From a virus (Duplodnaviria > Caudoviricetes), in IMG/VR virus record IMGVR_UViG_3300031998_000009, positions 64,001 through 128,000 of that record: 64,000 nt of DNA; one strand, given 5' to 3'. The translations under genes were made by a program, and so were the position numbers. Positions 10,290 through 18,439 of the stretch are shown here, piece by piece. Under the pieces are notes generated by a model that was not told where the DNA came from, made no database searches, and saw nothing but the letters and a program-made list of their open reading frames with translations. How positions within the stretch are numbered: position 1 is the stretch's first letter; each line of letters starts with the position of its first letter.

Positions 10290-10664
10290 TCACAATCCTT
10301 GAAGAAACGAAATAGCATTTTCAGAAATTCCAGGCATCACATATTCCTTTTTATAGTTCCTTGCCAGAATTTCAATATCTGGATCGTTATTCTCAGAATA
10401 GAGAACCTTTCTAATAACATATCTTTTTATTTTATACTCTTTAGCAAATTGCTCTGCTTCCTCTTTAGAAGTAAAACAGGTAGGTGTACCCAAAGAAGGA
10501 TTCACACTAATCATTTTCTGAACTTTAAGAAAATCACTGTAGGAGGACCATGTGAGACCCATAAAGTCATCAACTGTGCTATTAACATCCCAGGACAACA
10601 GGTAGAGTCTGGAGTTAGAAAAATCATTACTCAACACATATTTAATAGTATCACACATAGTCAT
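10290..10664 (-). CDS. hypothetical protein
   Basis: ORF with GGAGG. Confidence 0.6.
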   Translation of the reverse strand: MTMCDTIKYVLSNDFSNSRLYLLSWDVNSTVDDFMGLTWSSYSDFLKVQKMISVNPSLGTPTCFTSKEEAEQFAKEYKIKRYVIRKVLYSENNDPDIEILARNYKKEYVMPGISENAISFLQGL

Positions 10665-10674
10665 ATCCTCCTAT

Positions 10675-10860
10675 TTAGTTTGTGTTCTTTTCAATATCCT
10701 TATACTTAAAAACTCGTGTTCCACAAGCTGGACAAAACTTTACAAAAATGTTTTCAATAAGCTCACGACTCCAATTTGCCCCACAATAGGGGCATTTTAC
10801 AAACTCAAAAGAAAACGATTCTTCCCAGATTCTTACATCTTTATTATCAGTGTTCTTCAT
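10675..10860 (-). CDS. Zn-ribbon protein
   Basis: CPYC..CPAC; start MKNT follows AAAGGAG. Confidence 0.55.
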   Translation of the reverse strand: MKNTDNKDVRIWEESFSFEFVKCPYCGANWSRELIENIFVKFCPACGTRVFKYKDIEKNTN

Positions 10861-10876
10861 AAGAATATCTCCTTTC

Positions 10877-11239
10877 TTAACCCAGCTCGACCCAGATTCC
10901 TTTTTTCTCCTCTTCACCGAAAATATCATTATTTCGACGAAGCATACCAGTATAGATAGTCTTCCAACCCATAAGGTTACATAGGTGTAAGAAATCAATT
11001 GTAATTGTGGTTTTACCGGTGTAGCAGAATTTCTTAACTCCAGAAGTGTTAAGAGTTATAAGAAACTGTTTTGTATCGTCCTCATTATAAGGTGGATCCG
11101 AAACTTCAAATTCTTCGGCACCCAGTCGAATGGATTCCTTATAATTTTTTACAGCGACATATTCACCTACATGGGATTTGATATACTTTCTGTCATCAAG
11201 TTTCCTATCCAGTTCTTCTAGATATTTAATATTTTTCAT
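10877..11239 (-). CDS. hypothetical protein (first gene after promoter)
   Basis: ORF with GGAGGG SD. Confidence 0.6.
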   Translation of the reverse strand: MKNIKYLEELDRKLDDRKYIKSHVGEYVAVKNYKESIRLGAEEFEVSDPPYNEDDTKQFLITLNTSGVKKFCYTGKTTITIDFLHLCNLMGWKTIYTGMLRRNNDIFGEEEKKGIWVELG

Positions 11240-11280
11240 TGTATAACCCTCCTATAGTACATATTTTGTAACTGTTCCAT

Positions 11281-11400
11281 TTACTATATATAGTATAACA
11301 TATTTTAATGTAAATGTCAAGTGATTCCTAGAAAAAAGATGATAAAATATCTCACAATGTTTATAATAAAACATTGTGAGATTTTAGTTATTTTGTATAT
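11281..11400 (-). repeat. terminator+promoter module, copy 1 (direct repeat of 13437-13560)
   Basis: near-identical ATCTCACAATGTTT..AAACATTGTGAGAT hairpin plus promoter. Confidence 0.85.
11292..11320 (-). promoter_or_regulatory. sigmaA-type promoter
   Basis: TTGACA-17-TATACT with TG extended -10. Confidence 0.85.
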
Positions 11401-11552
11401 GACCGGGAATCCTTATCGTAACATTTTTCTAGTCCTATATGTTGTTATTTGATCTTCTTATTTGGTCATCTAAAAACGAAATGATTATAACAACTATAAT
11501 CCATGTAGAACAGAAGTTCCACAACAAGGTGTCAGGAATTACTCCCAATTAT

Positions 11553-11921
11553 TCAATTTTCTGGAGGTTTAGGTAATGGCATCCAGTGCGTGACAGTCTC
11601 AACAGCAGTCCAGGTTGTTCCTGTCCAACCGAGTGTATCCGGATCGTGGTAATCTTGTCTAAATCCCCATTTGTTTTCTTCATTTGAATCAAACGTACAT
11701 TTGAAAACATCTTCGTACTCTGTGAAAACAAGATATTCACCGTCCTGTTCAGGCAGCAGACTGACACACGAAATCCAATGGACGGCAGGAGTGTTTATCA
11801 CGAATTTTCTTGCTTGCAGTAGACCACTATCGAACTCTTTTCTTCCACCCAAGCTATTTCCAAGACAGCAATCAATGCAGGCAAGTACCGCATTTCGTTC
11901 AATTAGATCATTCATTATCAA
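11553..11921 (-). CDS. DUF551-like phage protein
   Basis: WISC...LPE...VTHWMPLPKPP. Confidence 0.7.
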   Translation of the reverse strand: MIMNDLIERNAVLACIDCCLGNSLGGRKEFDSGLLQARKFVINTPAVHWISCVSLLPEQDGEYLVFTEYEDVFKCTFDSNEENKWGFRQDYHDPDTLGWTGTTWTAVETVTHWMPLPKPPEN

Positions 11922-12099
11922 TTCTCCTGTTCCAGTCTTCTGCTGCTTCTTCTATGGAAGAACAGTTGCCAGTTCGACAAAGACAATCCGAACACCAGAT
12001 ATAATACTCCTCACGATAATTAAAGCCCTCGCACGTCCCAACAGACGGATGTTTGTCCCCGCAAAACGGGCACGGTTTCAGTTCAACCATTATTAGCAT
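11908..12099 (-). CDS. Lar family (restriction alleviation-like) Zn-finger protein
   Basis: ELKPCPFCG..C..C..WNRR. Confidence 0.7.
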   Translation of the reverse strand: MLIMVELKPCPFCGDKHPSVGTCEGFNYREEYYIWCSDCLCRTGNCSSIEEAAEDWNRRIDNE

Positions 12100-12463
12100 C
12101 TCCCATCATTACACTGTCTACCTCGTCAAGTTGCACTTCTGTCGGTGTTTTCAAGTCCATTCGTGCTCCACAGTTAGGGCAGAATTTGAAACGACTTGTC
12201 ATGTCTCGGAAATTATAAATTAGTTTGCAGCATGAGCACATTCCATGCACATTTATAACCCCGTTCGGGTCTTTGTAGTCGAAAGCCTCACTATGAATCC
12301 ACCGCCCGTGTTTCACAGGTTCGGCTTCGATTGTAGGCATCAATGCGGCTGCAAATCCTACTGTGAGATTGCACTGATTGTACAGATATGTGTCTATAAT
12401 CTTTGCCATATCAGAAACAGCAAGCGCATTTGCATCAATCAATCTTACTTCCGGCATCTTCAT
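12083..12463 (-). CDS. Zn-ribbon protein (RLIDA..PTIE..HGRW family)
   Basis: RLIDANAL, KHGRWI, CSCC, CPNCGARMD. Confidence 0.65.
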   Translation of the reverse strand: MKMPEVRLIDANALAVSDMAKIIDTYLYNQCNLTVGFAAALMPTIEAEPVKHGRWIHSEAFDYKDPNGVINVHGMCSCCKLIYNFRDMTSRFKFCPNCGARMDLKTPTEVQLDEVDSVMMGDANNG

Positions 12464-12752
12464 TTACCTCCTGTTCAGGTTTCGACAACAATCTGAAATC
12501 ACATCCACCGAACGGATACCACGCACACATTTCGATGTGTTCACAATCTTTACACCATTCTTCACATTTCTTGTGGTCTGTCTCATACATTTTTGGTTTT
12601 TGCATGGGTTCAACTTCGATTGTGGGTAGTGCTTCGATTTCGTCAAGCATTTCTCTTATATCGTGCCCTGCTTTCGAACAACATCCGTCATCGTCCGGAC
12701 AGTAACACATAGCTATTTCCAGCACTTTCTGTCTGTCAATCAGTTCTAGCAT
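12435..12752 (-). CDS. Cys-rich phage protein
   Basis: LIDRQ..ALPTIE motif. Confidence 0.6.
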   Translation of the reverse strand: MLELIDRQKVLEIAMCYCPDDDGCCSKAGHDIREMLDEIEALPTIEVEPMQKPKMYETDHKKCEEWCKDCEHIEMCAWYPFGGCDFRLLSKPEQEVNEDAGSKID

Positions 12753-12948
12753 CTTTGTTCACCTCCTCATATCCACACATATCTCTACCACACGGTATCA
12801 ACCATTGCCCCGAACGGTGAAATCCGTTTCCATGGTGTTGTATAACGGTTTGATCTTTTTTCTTACACCAGTATTCGTATGAAACATTCGAGAATGTAAG
12901 ATGTTTGCATCCTATGCAAGGGCACTCGTTTTTAATTATCTGCGGCAT
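12736..12948 (-). CDS. Cys-rich hypothetical protein
   Basis: start MPQII follows GGAGG; overlaps neighbours. Confidence 0.5.
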   Translation of the reverse strand: MPQIIKNECPCIGCKHLTFSNVSYEYWCKKKDQTVIQHHGNGFHRSGQWLIPCGRDMCGYEEVNKDARTD

Positions 12949-13117
12949 CTGTCTCAGCCTCCTGTTTAAGCCACGCAAGATTTCCGGCAACGCACCCTTC
13001 ACCATATCCACTATCGCATTGACCGTTGCTGTATATACAACGATAGCAGCTTGTTCCAATTGCATTAAGTAGTTCCTCCTCGTCCGTCATCCGACGGATT
13101 TTATCACCGTTGGTCAT
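12932..13117 (-). CDS. small phage protein (MTNGDKIR.MTDEEL family)
   Basis: typical N-terminus and WLKQE end. Confidence 0.65.
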   Translation of the reverse strand: MTNGDKIRRMTDEEELLNAIGTSCYRCIYSNGQCDSGYGEGCVAGNLAWLKQEAETDAADN

Positions 13118-13436
13118 TTATGATTCCTCCTCAGTTAGTCTTAATTTCCGATTTTATTCTATTCCCATTTTCGTCATAATACACCGTTTCGCACAGCTCA
13201 CATCCTACCTAATTGTATCTTCGATATGTCCCTTCGATGCAATGGTCACAATGTCAAAAATCCTCCCGTTCCTGTCTCTATCAATCAGGCTCACTGTGTT
13301 ATAAGGCATTTTCATTCTCCCTTCTATTTCAAGACGAATATTCATTTAGTCACTCTGCAACGCACTCATTGCACTTGTTTCTTTGATATAACATAATATG
13401 ATTTTGAATATAATTAAGTTTCTCTCCTTACACAAA

Positions 13437-13560
13437 TTACTATATATACATAGTATAACATATTTATATAAAAAAGTCAAGAGGTTTCTAAAAAAAGATA
13501 ATAAAAAATCTCACAATGTTTTATGTAAAACATTGTGAGATTTTTGTGTATATTTTATAG
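13437..13560 (-). repeat. terminator+promoter module, copy 2
   Basis: direct repeat of 11281-11400. Confidence 0.85.
13452..13480 (-). promoter_or_regulatory. sigmaA-type promoter
   Basis: TTGACT-17-TATACT, extended -10. Confidence 0.85.
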
Positions 13561-13575
13561 TTATAAATTTTAATT

Positions 13576-13830
13576 TTATGAATTATAAAGACCTATATTT
13601 CTAGCACATTGTTTTATAGCAGTATAGTTAGCTTGCAATTCATTTCTAATGTCTAAAAGATCCTCTACCCACTGATAAATAAATTCTTCGTCAATCCCAC
13701 CTGATTCCTCTAACTCTGTAATATAATTGTCTAATGATTTAATAACATTTGGAATACCCTTAAAATCGACATCTTCAGTTAGTCCTATTCTTCTACTTGC
13801 AGACATTGATCTGTTAGCTTTCTTAATCAT
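13576..13830 (-). CDS. small protein with basic leader ending in LTE
   Basis: upstream GAAAGGA..TTTATTATG like 50-316 and 3903-4520. Confidence 0.6.
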   Translation of the reverse strand: MIKKANRSMSASRRIGLTEDVDFKGIPNVIKSLDNYITELEESGGIDEEFIYQWVEDLLDIRNELQANYTAIKQCARNIGLYNS

Positions 13831-13861
13831 AATAAATCAATTCCTTTCGTAATATATAACA

Positions 13862-13900
13862 AATAGTCTATGTAAGCTGTACTTACCTACATAGACTATT
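13862..13900 (-). terminator. terminator-like hairpin after nrdD
   Basis: AATAGTCTATGTA/TACATAGACTATT. Confidence 0.65.
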
Positions 13901-13949
13901 GTACTTTTTTTTTATTTTTTTGTATTTTACATCTATTAAATTGTAAAAC

Positions 13950-16379
13950 TTATTTATTTTCGTTTAAGAACTTTCTTATATTAGAAACATTTTGAATTTT
14001 TTTAGGTTGACCTTGTTCAAATACAATAAGGGTTGGTGCTGATGTTATTTCATACATTTTTACAAGATCCTGATTTTCTTCGGCTAATAGTACTTCACAA
14101 TCAAATCCTGCTTCTGAAATGAACTTCTTTGCCATTTTGCAATTCGGACAGGTTGCTGTGGTAAACAACATTGGTTTTCTAGTTCCGGCTAGAATTGTTC
14201 TTACAGTTTCTTCGATGTTTACATCTTTTTGCTCTTGTTCTGGTAGTTCTGTATAGTCTGTTTTACAAGATTCACATTCTTCTGTATTATTAGATAGTTC
14301 ATCTACATTCACCTTATATTCTTTTCTGTCCTTAAATTCGTGGGCCTTTCCATCGTTAAAGTTTTGAACAGCTCTATAATAACCTGTTACTCTACTATAT
14401 ACTTCTGTTGCTTTTCCACATATAGGACAGGTCCATTCTTCTCCCTTAATATATCCATGTTCTGGACAGATAGAATAAGTAGGTGAAAATGTAAAATAAG
14501 GTAGTTTATAGTTTTCTGCTATCTTTCTTGTAAGATTCATAGCAGATTGCCAATCTGGTAATTTTTCACCTAGAAAAGCATGGAATACAGTTCCAGAGGT
14601 ATATTTAGTTTGTAGATCATCTTGGTGATCTAGTGCTTCGAATATATCATCTGTATAACCTACTGGAAGATGAGAACTATTTGTATAATACGGAGACCCA
14701 TCTGTTTTATCTCCTGCTGTTATAATATTTGGATAATCTTCTTTATCGTGTTTTGCAAATCTGTATGTAACACCTTCGGCAGGTGTAGCTTCAAGATTAT
14801 ACAGATCTCCATACTGTTCTTGATAATCCGAAAGTTTATTTCTCATAAAATCAAGAACCTTTGTTGTGAATGTATATCCTTCTTTTGTAGAAATATCTTT
14901 TGCTACCCATTTAGCATTCAAACAACACTCGTTCATACCTACTAGACCAATAGTAGAAAAATGATCATTAAAGGAACCTAGATATCTCTTTGTATATGGA
15001 TATAGTCCTTGTTCAAGATATTGTGTAATAACATTTCTTTTTATTTTAAGACTTCTTGCTGATATGTCCATCAATCTAACTAATTTAGTGAAAAACTCTT
15101 CTTCTGTTGTCGATGTATAAGCTAGTCTTGGCATATTTATAGTAACAACACCTATTGAACCTGTATTGTCACCACTACCAAAGAACCCACCTGATTTACG
15201 TCTTAACTCACGAAGATCTAGACGTAACCGACAGCACATAGCCCTTACCGAATCTGGTTGCATATCACTATTAATATAATTGCTAAAATAAGGTGTTCCG
15301 TATTTAGCAGTCATTTCAAATAAAAGTTTATTATTAGTAGATTCCGGATCCCAATCAAATTCTTTGGTTATAGAATAAGTAGGAATTGGATAAGAAAAAC
15401 ATCTTCCATCTGCATCTCCTTCTATCATAGTTTCGAGAAATGCTTTATTAATCATATCCATTTCACGTTTACAATCTTTATATTTGAAATCTACTTCTTC
15501 TCCACCCACAATGCAATTAAGTTCGGCAAGGTCATCCGGAACAGTCCAGTCCAAAGTAAAATTTGAGAACACAGGTTGACTTCCCCATCTAGAGGATGTG
15601 TTAAGATGATATATTAGAGATTGTATACATTGTTTTACTTCTTTATAGGAAAGGTCCTCATATTTGACAAAAGGAGCTAAAAGTGTATCTACACTATTGA
15701 ACGCCTGAGCCCCGGACCATTCGTTTTGAAGGCAACCAAGATAATTTACCATCTGATTACAAAGAGTAGAGAGATGTTTAGCAGGTTTAGACGCTATCTT
15801 TTTCGGGACTCCTCCAAAACCTTCCTTTATCAATGTCTTGAGGGACCATCCAGCACAGTATCCAGATAACATTGATAAATCGTGTAGATGAATGTCACAA
15901 TTTTTATGAGCTGTCGAAACCTCTTCGTCGTATATCTCTGATAGCCAATAATTAGCTGTGATGGCACCGGAATTACCAAGAATAAGTCCTCCAAGGGAAT
16001 AGTTGATACTTGAATTTTCTTTGACTCTCCAGTCTGTTGCTTGAGTATATCCTTCAATGGTCTTTTTATAGTCAAGCATTGTCTCTTTCGCTTTTCTAGC
16101 ATTCTCGTGTTGTTTTCTATATAGAATATAAGATTTAGCTACATCATCGTAACCGAATGTCATTAATGTTTTTTCTACTGCATTTTGAATATCTTCTACG
16201 GATAGAAGACCGTCTTTAATTGTTTTTTCTGCTTCTGCCATAGATCTTATTGTTATTAGTTCTATAATAGAATCCTGATATTCTCTATTACAGGATTTAA
16301 ATGATTTTACAATTCCTTCTGATATTTTTGATGTAGTGAATACATCAATATCTCCACTTCTCTTTTTTACTTTATACAT
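13950..16379 (-). CDS. nrdD: class III anaerobic ribonucleoside-triphosphate reductase with ATP-cone and C-terminal glutaredoxin-like domain
   Basis: ATP-cone VKKRSG, AMCCRL, TPAEG, glycyl-radical motif RVTGYY, C-terminal TCPNCK. Confidence 0.95.
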   Translation of the reverse strand: MYKVKKRSGDIDVFTTSKISEGIVKSFKSCNREYQDSIIELITIRSMAEAEKTIKDGLLSVEDIQNAVEKTLMTFGYDDVAKSYILYRKQHENARKAKETMLDYKKTIEGYTQATDWRVKENSSINYSLGGLILGNSGAITANYWLSEIYDEEVSTAHKNCDIHLHDLSMLSGYCAGWSLKTLIKEGFGGVPKKIASKPAKHLSTLCNQMVNYLGCLQNEWSGAQAFNSVDTLLAPFVKYEDLSYKEVKQCIQSLIYHLNTSSRWGSQPVFSNFTLDWTVPDDLAELNCIVGGEEVDFKYKDCKREMDMINKAFLETMIEGDADGRCFSYPIPTYSITKEFDWDPESTNNKLLFEMTAKYGTPYFSNYINSDMQPDSVRAMCCRLRLDLRELRRKSGGFFGSGDNTGSIGVVTINMPRLAYTSTTEEEFFTKLVRLMDISARSLKIKRNVITQYLEQGLYPYTKRYLGSFNDHFSTIGLVGMNECCLNAKWVAKDISTKEGYTFTTKVLDFMRNKLSDYQEQYGDLYNLEATPAEGVTYRFAKHDKEDYPNIITAGDKTDGSPYYTNSSHLPVGYTDDIFEALDHQDDLQTKYTSGTVFHAFLGEKLPDWQSAMNLTRKIAENYKLPYFTFSPTYSICPEHGYIKGEEWTCPICGKATEVYSRVTGYYRAVQNFNDGKAHEFKDRKEYKVNVDELSNNTEECESCKTDYTELPEQEQKDVNIEETVRTILAGTRKPMLFTTATCPNCKMAKKFISEAGFDCEVLLAEENQDLVKMYEITSAPTLIVFEQGQPKKIQNVSNIRKFLNENK

Positions 16380-16421
16380 AGTAAATCAACTCCTCTTACA
16401 TTTTATATAAATTAACACAGT

Positions 16422-17180
16422 TCAAAACAATTTTCTTCTTTGTGTTTTTTCCGTAGCTTCTATTCTTTCTTTAGCGATGTTAAAGTAATTATTATCCAAT
16501 TCTATTCCTATAAAACGTCTGTGATTTTTCATACATGCTACACCAGTGGTTCCAGAACCCATGAAGTTATCTAAAACGATATCATTTTCATTTGTATATG
16601 TTTTTACAAGATATTCAATTAAAGATAGTGGTTTCTGTGTAGGATGAATATGTTTAGATGGATGTTCTCTACTAAACTCTAATAATTCACACGGATATCT
16701 GGTCCCATCGTCAATATAAGGTGTTACAGTAAGTTCGTTTGCGGATACTGTTTTACTAGAGTTTCCTTTTGGAGAATTTTTAGAAATAGGACCGTTATGT
16801 ATTACTTTTTGAACGTTATAAACACCTAGTTTTCTATAAAAAACACATATATTTTCTATATATTTAGCAGGTCTATTTTTAACTTGAAATATATTTGTAG
16901 GTCTTTCCTTTTTCCAATACCAGTCGTATTTATAATCGTTCAAATTACTTAATCTTAATTTACTAGAAAATGGTTCTTGTGCAAATATTAAAATGGGTGC
17001 TGTTTCTTTTGTAACTCTTTTTATCTCTTTCCATAGTTTTTCAAAATCTACACACTTATCCCATTCTAAAGGTGTCTGACCGTAAGGTGGATCTGTAATA
17101 ATACAATCTATGGATTTATCCGGAATCTGATTCATCAGTTCTAGGCAATCTCCATTATACAATGTATAGTCGTTGATCAT
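16422..17180 (-). CDS. N6-A/N4-C DNA methyltransferase (beta class)
   Basis: DPPY, HPTQKP, DNFMGSGTTG. Confidence 0.92.
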   Translation of the reverse strand: MINDYTLYNGDCLELMNQIPDKSIDCIITDPPYGQTPLEWDKCVDFEKLWKEIKRVTKETAPILIFAQEPFSSKLRLSNLNDYKYDWYWKKERPTNIFQVKNRPAKYIENICVFYRKLGVYNVQKVIHNGPISKNSPKGNSSKTVSANELTVTPYIDDGTRYPCELLEFSREHPSKHIHPTQKPLSLIEYLVKTYTNENDIVLDNFMGSGTTGVACMKNHRRFIGIELDNNYFNIAKERIEATEKTQRRKLF

Positions 17181-17417
17181 AATAACCTCCTCAACTCAAC
17201 AAAGAGTTGTAATTGTTATTGTAATTCGTATGTGAGTTAATAACACTTGAATTTGAATAAAATCAAAATCCATTTTTAATTCTACTTTTTATATAAAAAT
17301 TGCTATTGATGTTCTTACAATATTTTTAGTTTTTGGTTCAGAAAATAACAGTATATAGTATTTGTGGTATAATCACATTACTACATATTGTATTAGACTA
17401 TGATATTCTTCGTTTAT

Positions 17418-17447
17418 AGTATAACACAAAACCTCTACAAAAGTCAA
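17418..17447 (-). promoter_or_regulatory. sigmaA-type promoter with -35 inside a 16-bp inverted repeat
   Basis: TTGACT-18-TATACT; inverted repeat 17431-17473. Confidence 0.75.
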
Positions 17448-17499
17448 TAGGAAAACATGACTTTTGTAGAGGTCTACATATTTTATAATTTATTAACTT

Positions 17500-17733
17500 T
17501 TAGACTTGCATCACCTCGCGAAATGGAATAAAAAGAACTCCTACATAAAATCCGAGTACAGATTCTTTCATATCTTCATCCAGTTCCGGAGAATGACAAA
17601 TGTCCAACCAAGTAGGTTCTTTGCCGTTAAAACCTACAAGAACTTTATCCGTCATATAGTCAATGTCGTACACAAGAATCGTACAGGTGTTAGACAGACA
17701 AAAACAACCAACAGGCTTTCCTTCTTTTAACAT
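17500..17733 (-). CDS. hypothetical protein
   Basis: ORF with AAGGAGG. Confidence 0.6.
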   Translation of the reverse strand: MLKEGKPVGCFCLSNTCTILVYDIDYMTDKVLVGFNGKEPTWLDICHSPELDEDMKESVLGFYVGVLFIPFREVMQV

Positions 17734-17746
17734 GGTTATTTCCTCC

Positions 17747-17941
17747 TTACTTATAATGAATAATCATTTTACCTTCCAGGAGACTAATTGTGGTCACGGT
17801 CTTGTCCTTCTCCTCGTAAAAGTAATCACCGTAATCGAAGGAGTTCGCTTTACGAATATTACCTGTGACACCTTCCTGGAAGAATACAGGGATTTTGGAA
17901 GTTCCATAATTAATCTTTTTCATGATATCCTTTACTTTCAT
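17747..17941 (-). CDS. hypothetical protein
   Basis: ORF with SD. Confidence 0.6.
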   Translation of the reverse strand: MKVKDIMKKINYGTSKIPVFFQEGVTGNIRKANSFDYGDYFYEEKDKTVTTISLLEGKMIIHYK

Positions 17942-17956
17942 ATTTGTAACTTCCTT

Positions 17957-18295
17957 TTATTTATGGTTCGGATGGTTCTGTTCGCAATGGACACGAAGCA
18001 GTAAACCAGGATATCTCTTAATACGATGGAACAACTTCTTATCGTCACGTTTATGTGTGGTATATTGAACGCCACCCTTCTTACCTACAAAGAAGTAACC
18101 ATATTCTCTACACAGTCTTGCGAAAACATTATCCTCATCACCCACAAGACCTACACAAAAGTTAATAAGGACTGTTCCAGTTTCCAGTTCCTTAAAAGAA
18201 ACTTCCTTCACCTCACCATTGTGATAATGATCTCTAGCCAATTTCTCGGCTTCCTGTTTGGTCCATTCAAATACCTGTTCCTGCGACTTTGTCAT
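17957..18295 (-). CDS. hypothetical early protein
   Basis: AAGGAGG; directly downstream of promoter. Confidence 0.65.
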   Translation of the reverse strand: MTKSQEQVFEWTKQEAEKLARDHYHNGEVKEVSFKELETGTVLINFCVGLVGDEDNVFARLCREYGYFFVGKKGGVQYTTHKRDDKKLFHRIKRYPGLLLRVHCEQNHPNHK

Positions 18296-18337
18296 AATCG
18301 TGACCTCCTTTTATGTACTTTGTTTCTTACTATATAT

Positions 18338-18366
18338 AGTATAACATATTTATAGTGAAAAGTCAA
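18338..18366 (-). promoter_or_regulatory. sigmaA-type promoter
   Basis: TTGACT-17-TATACT. Confidence 0.85.
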
Positions 18367-18388
18367 GTGTTTTTGAAAATTTATAATA

Positions 18389-18419
18389 AAAAACTCCACG
18401 AACTTATCGTGGAGTTTTT
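18389..18419 (-). terminator. intrinsic terminator
   Basis: AAAAACTCCACGA/TCGTGGAGTTTTT. Confidence 0.8.
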
Positions 18420-18439
18420 GTTTAATCTATACAAAATAA

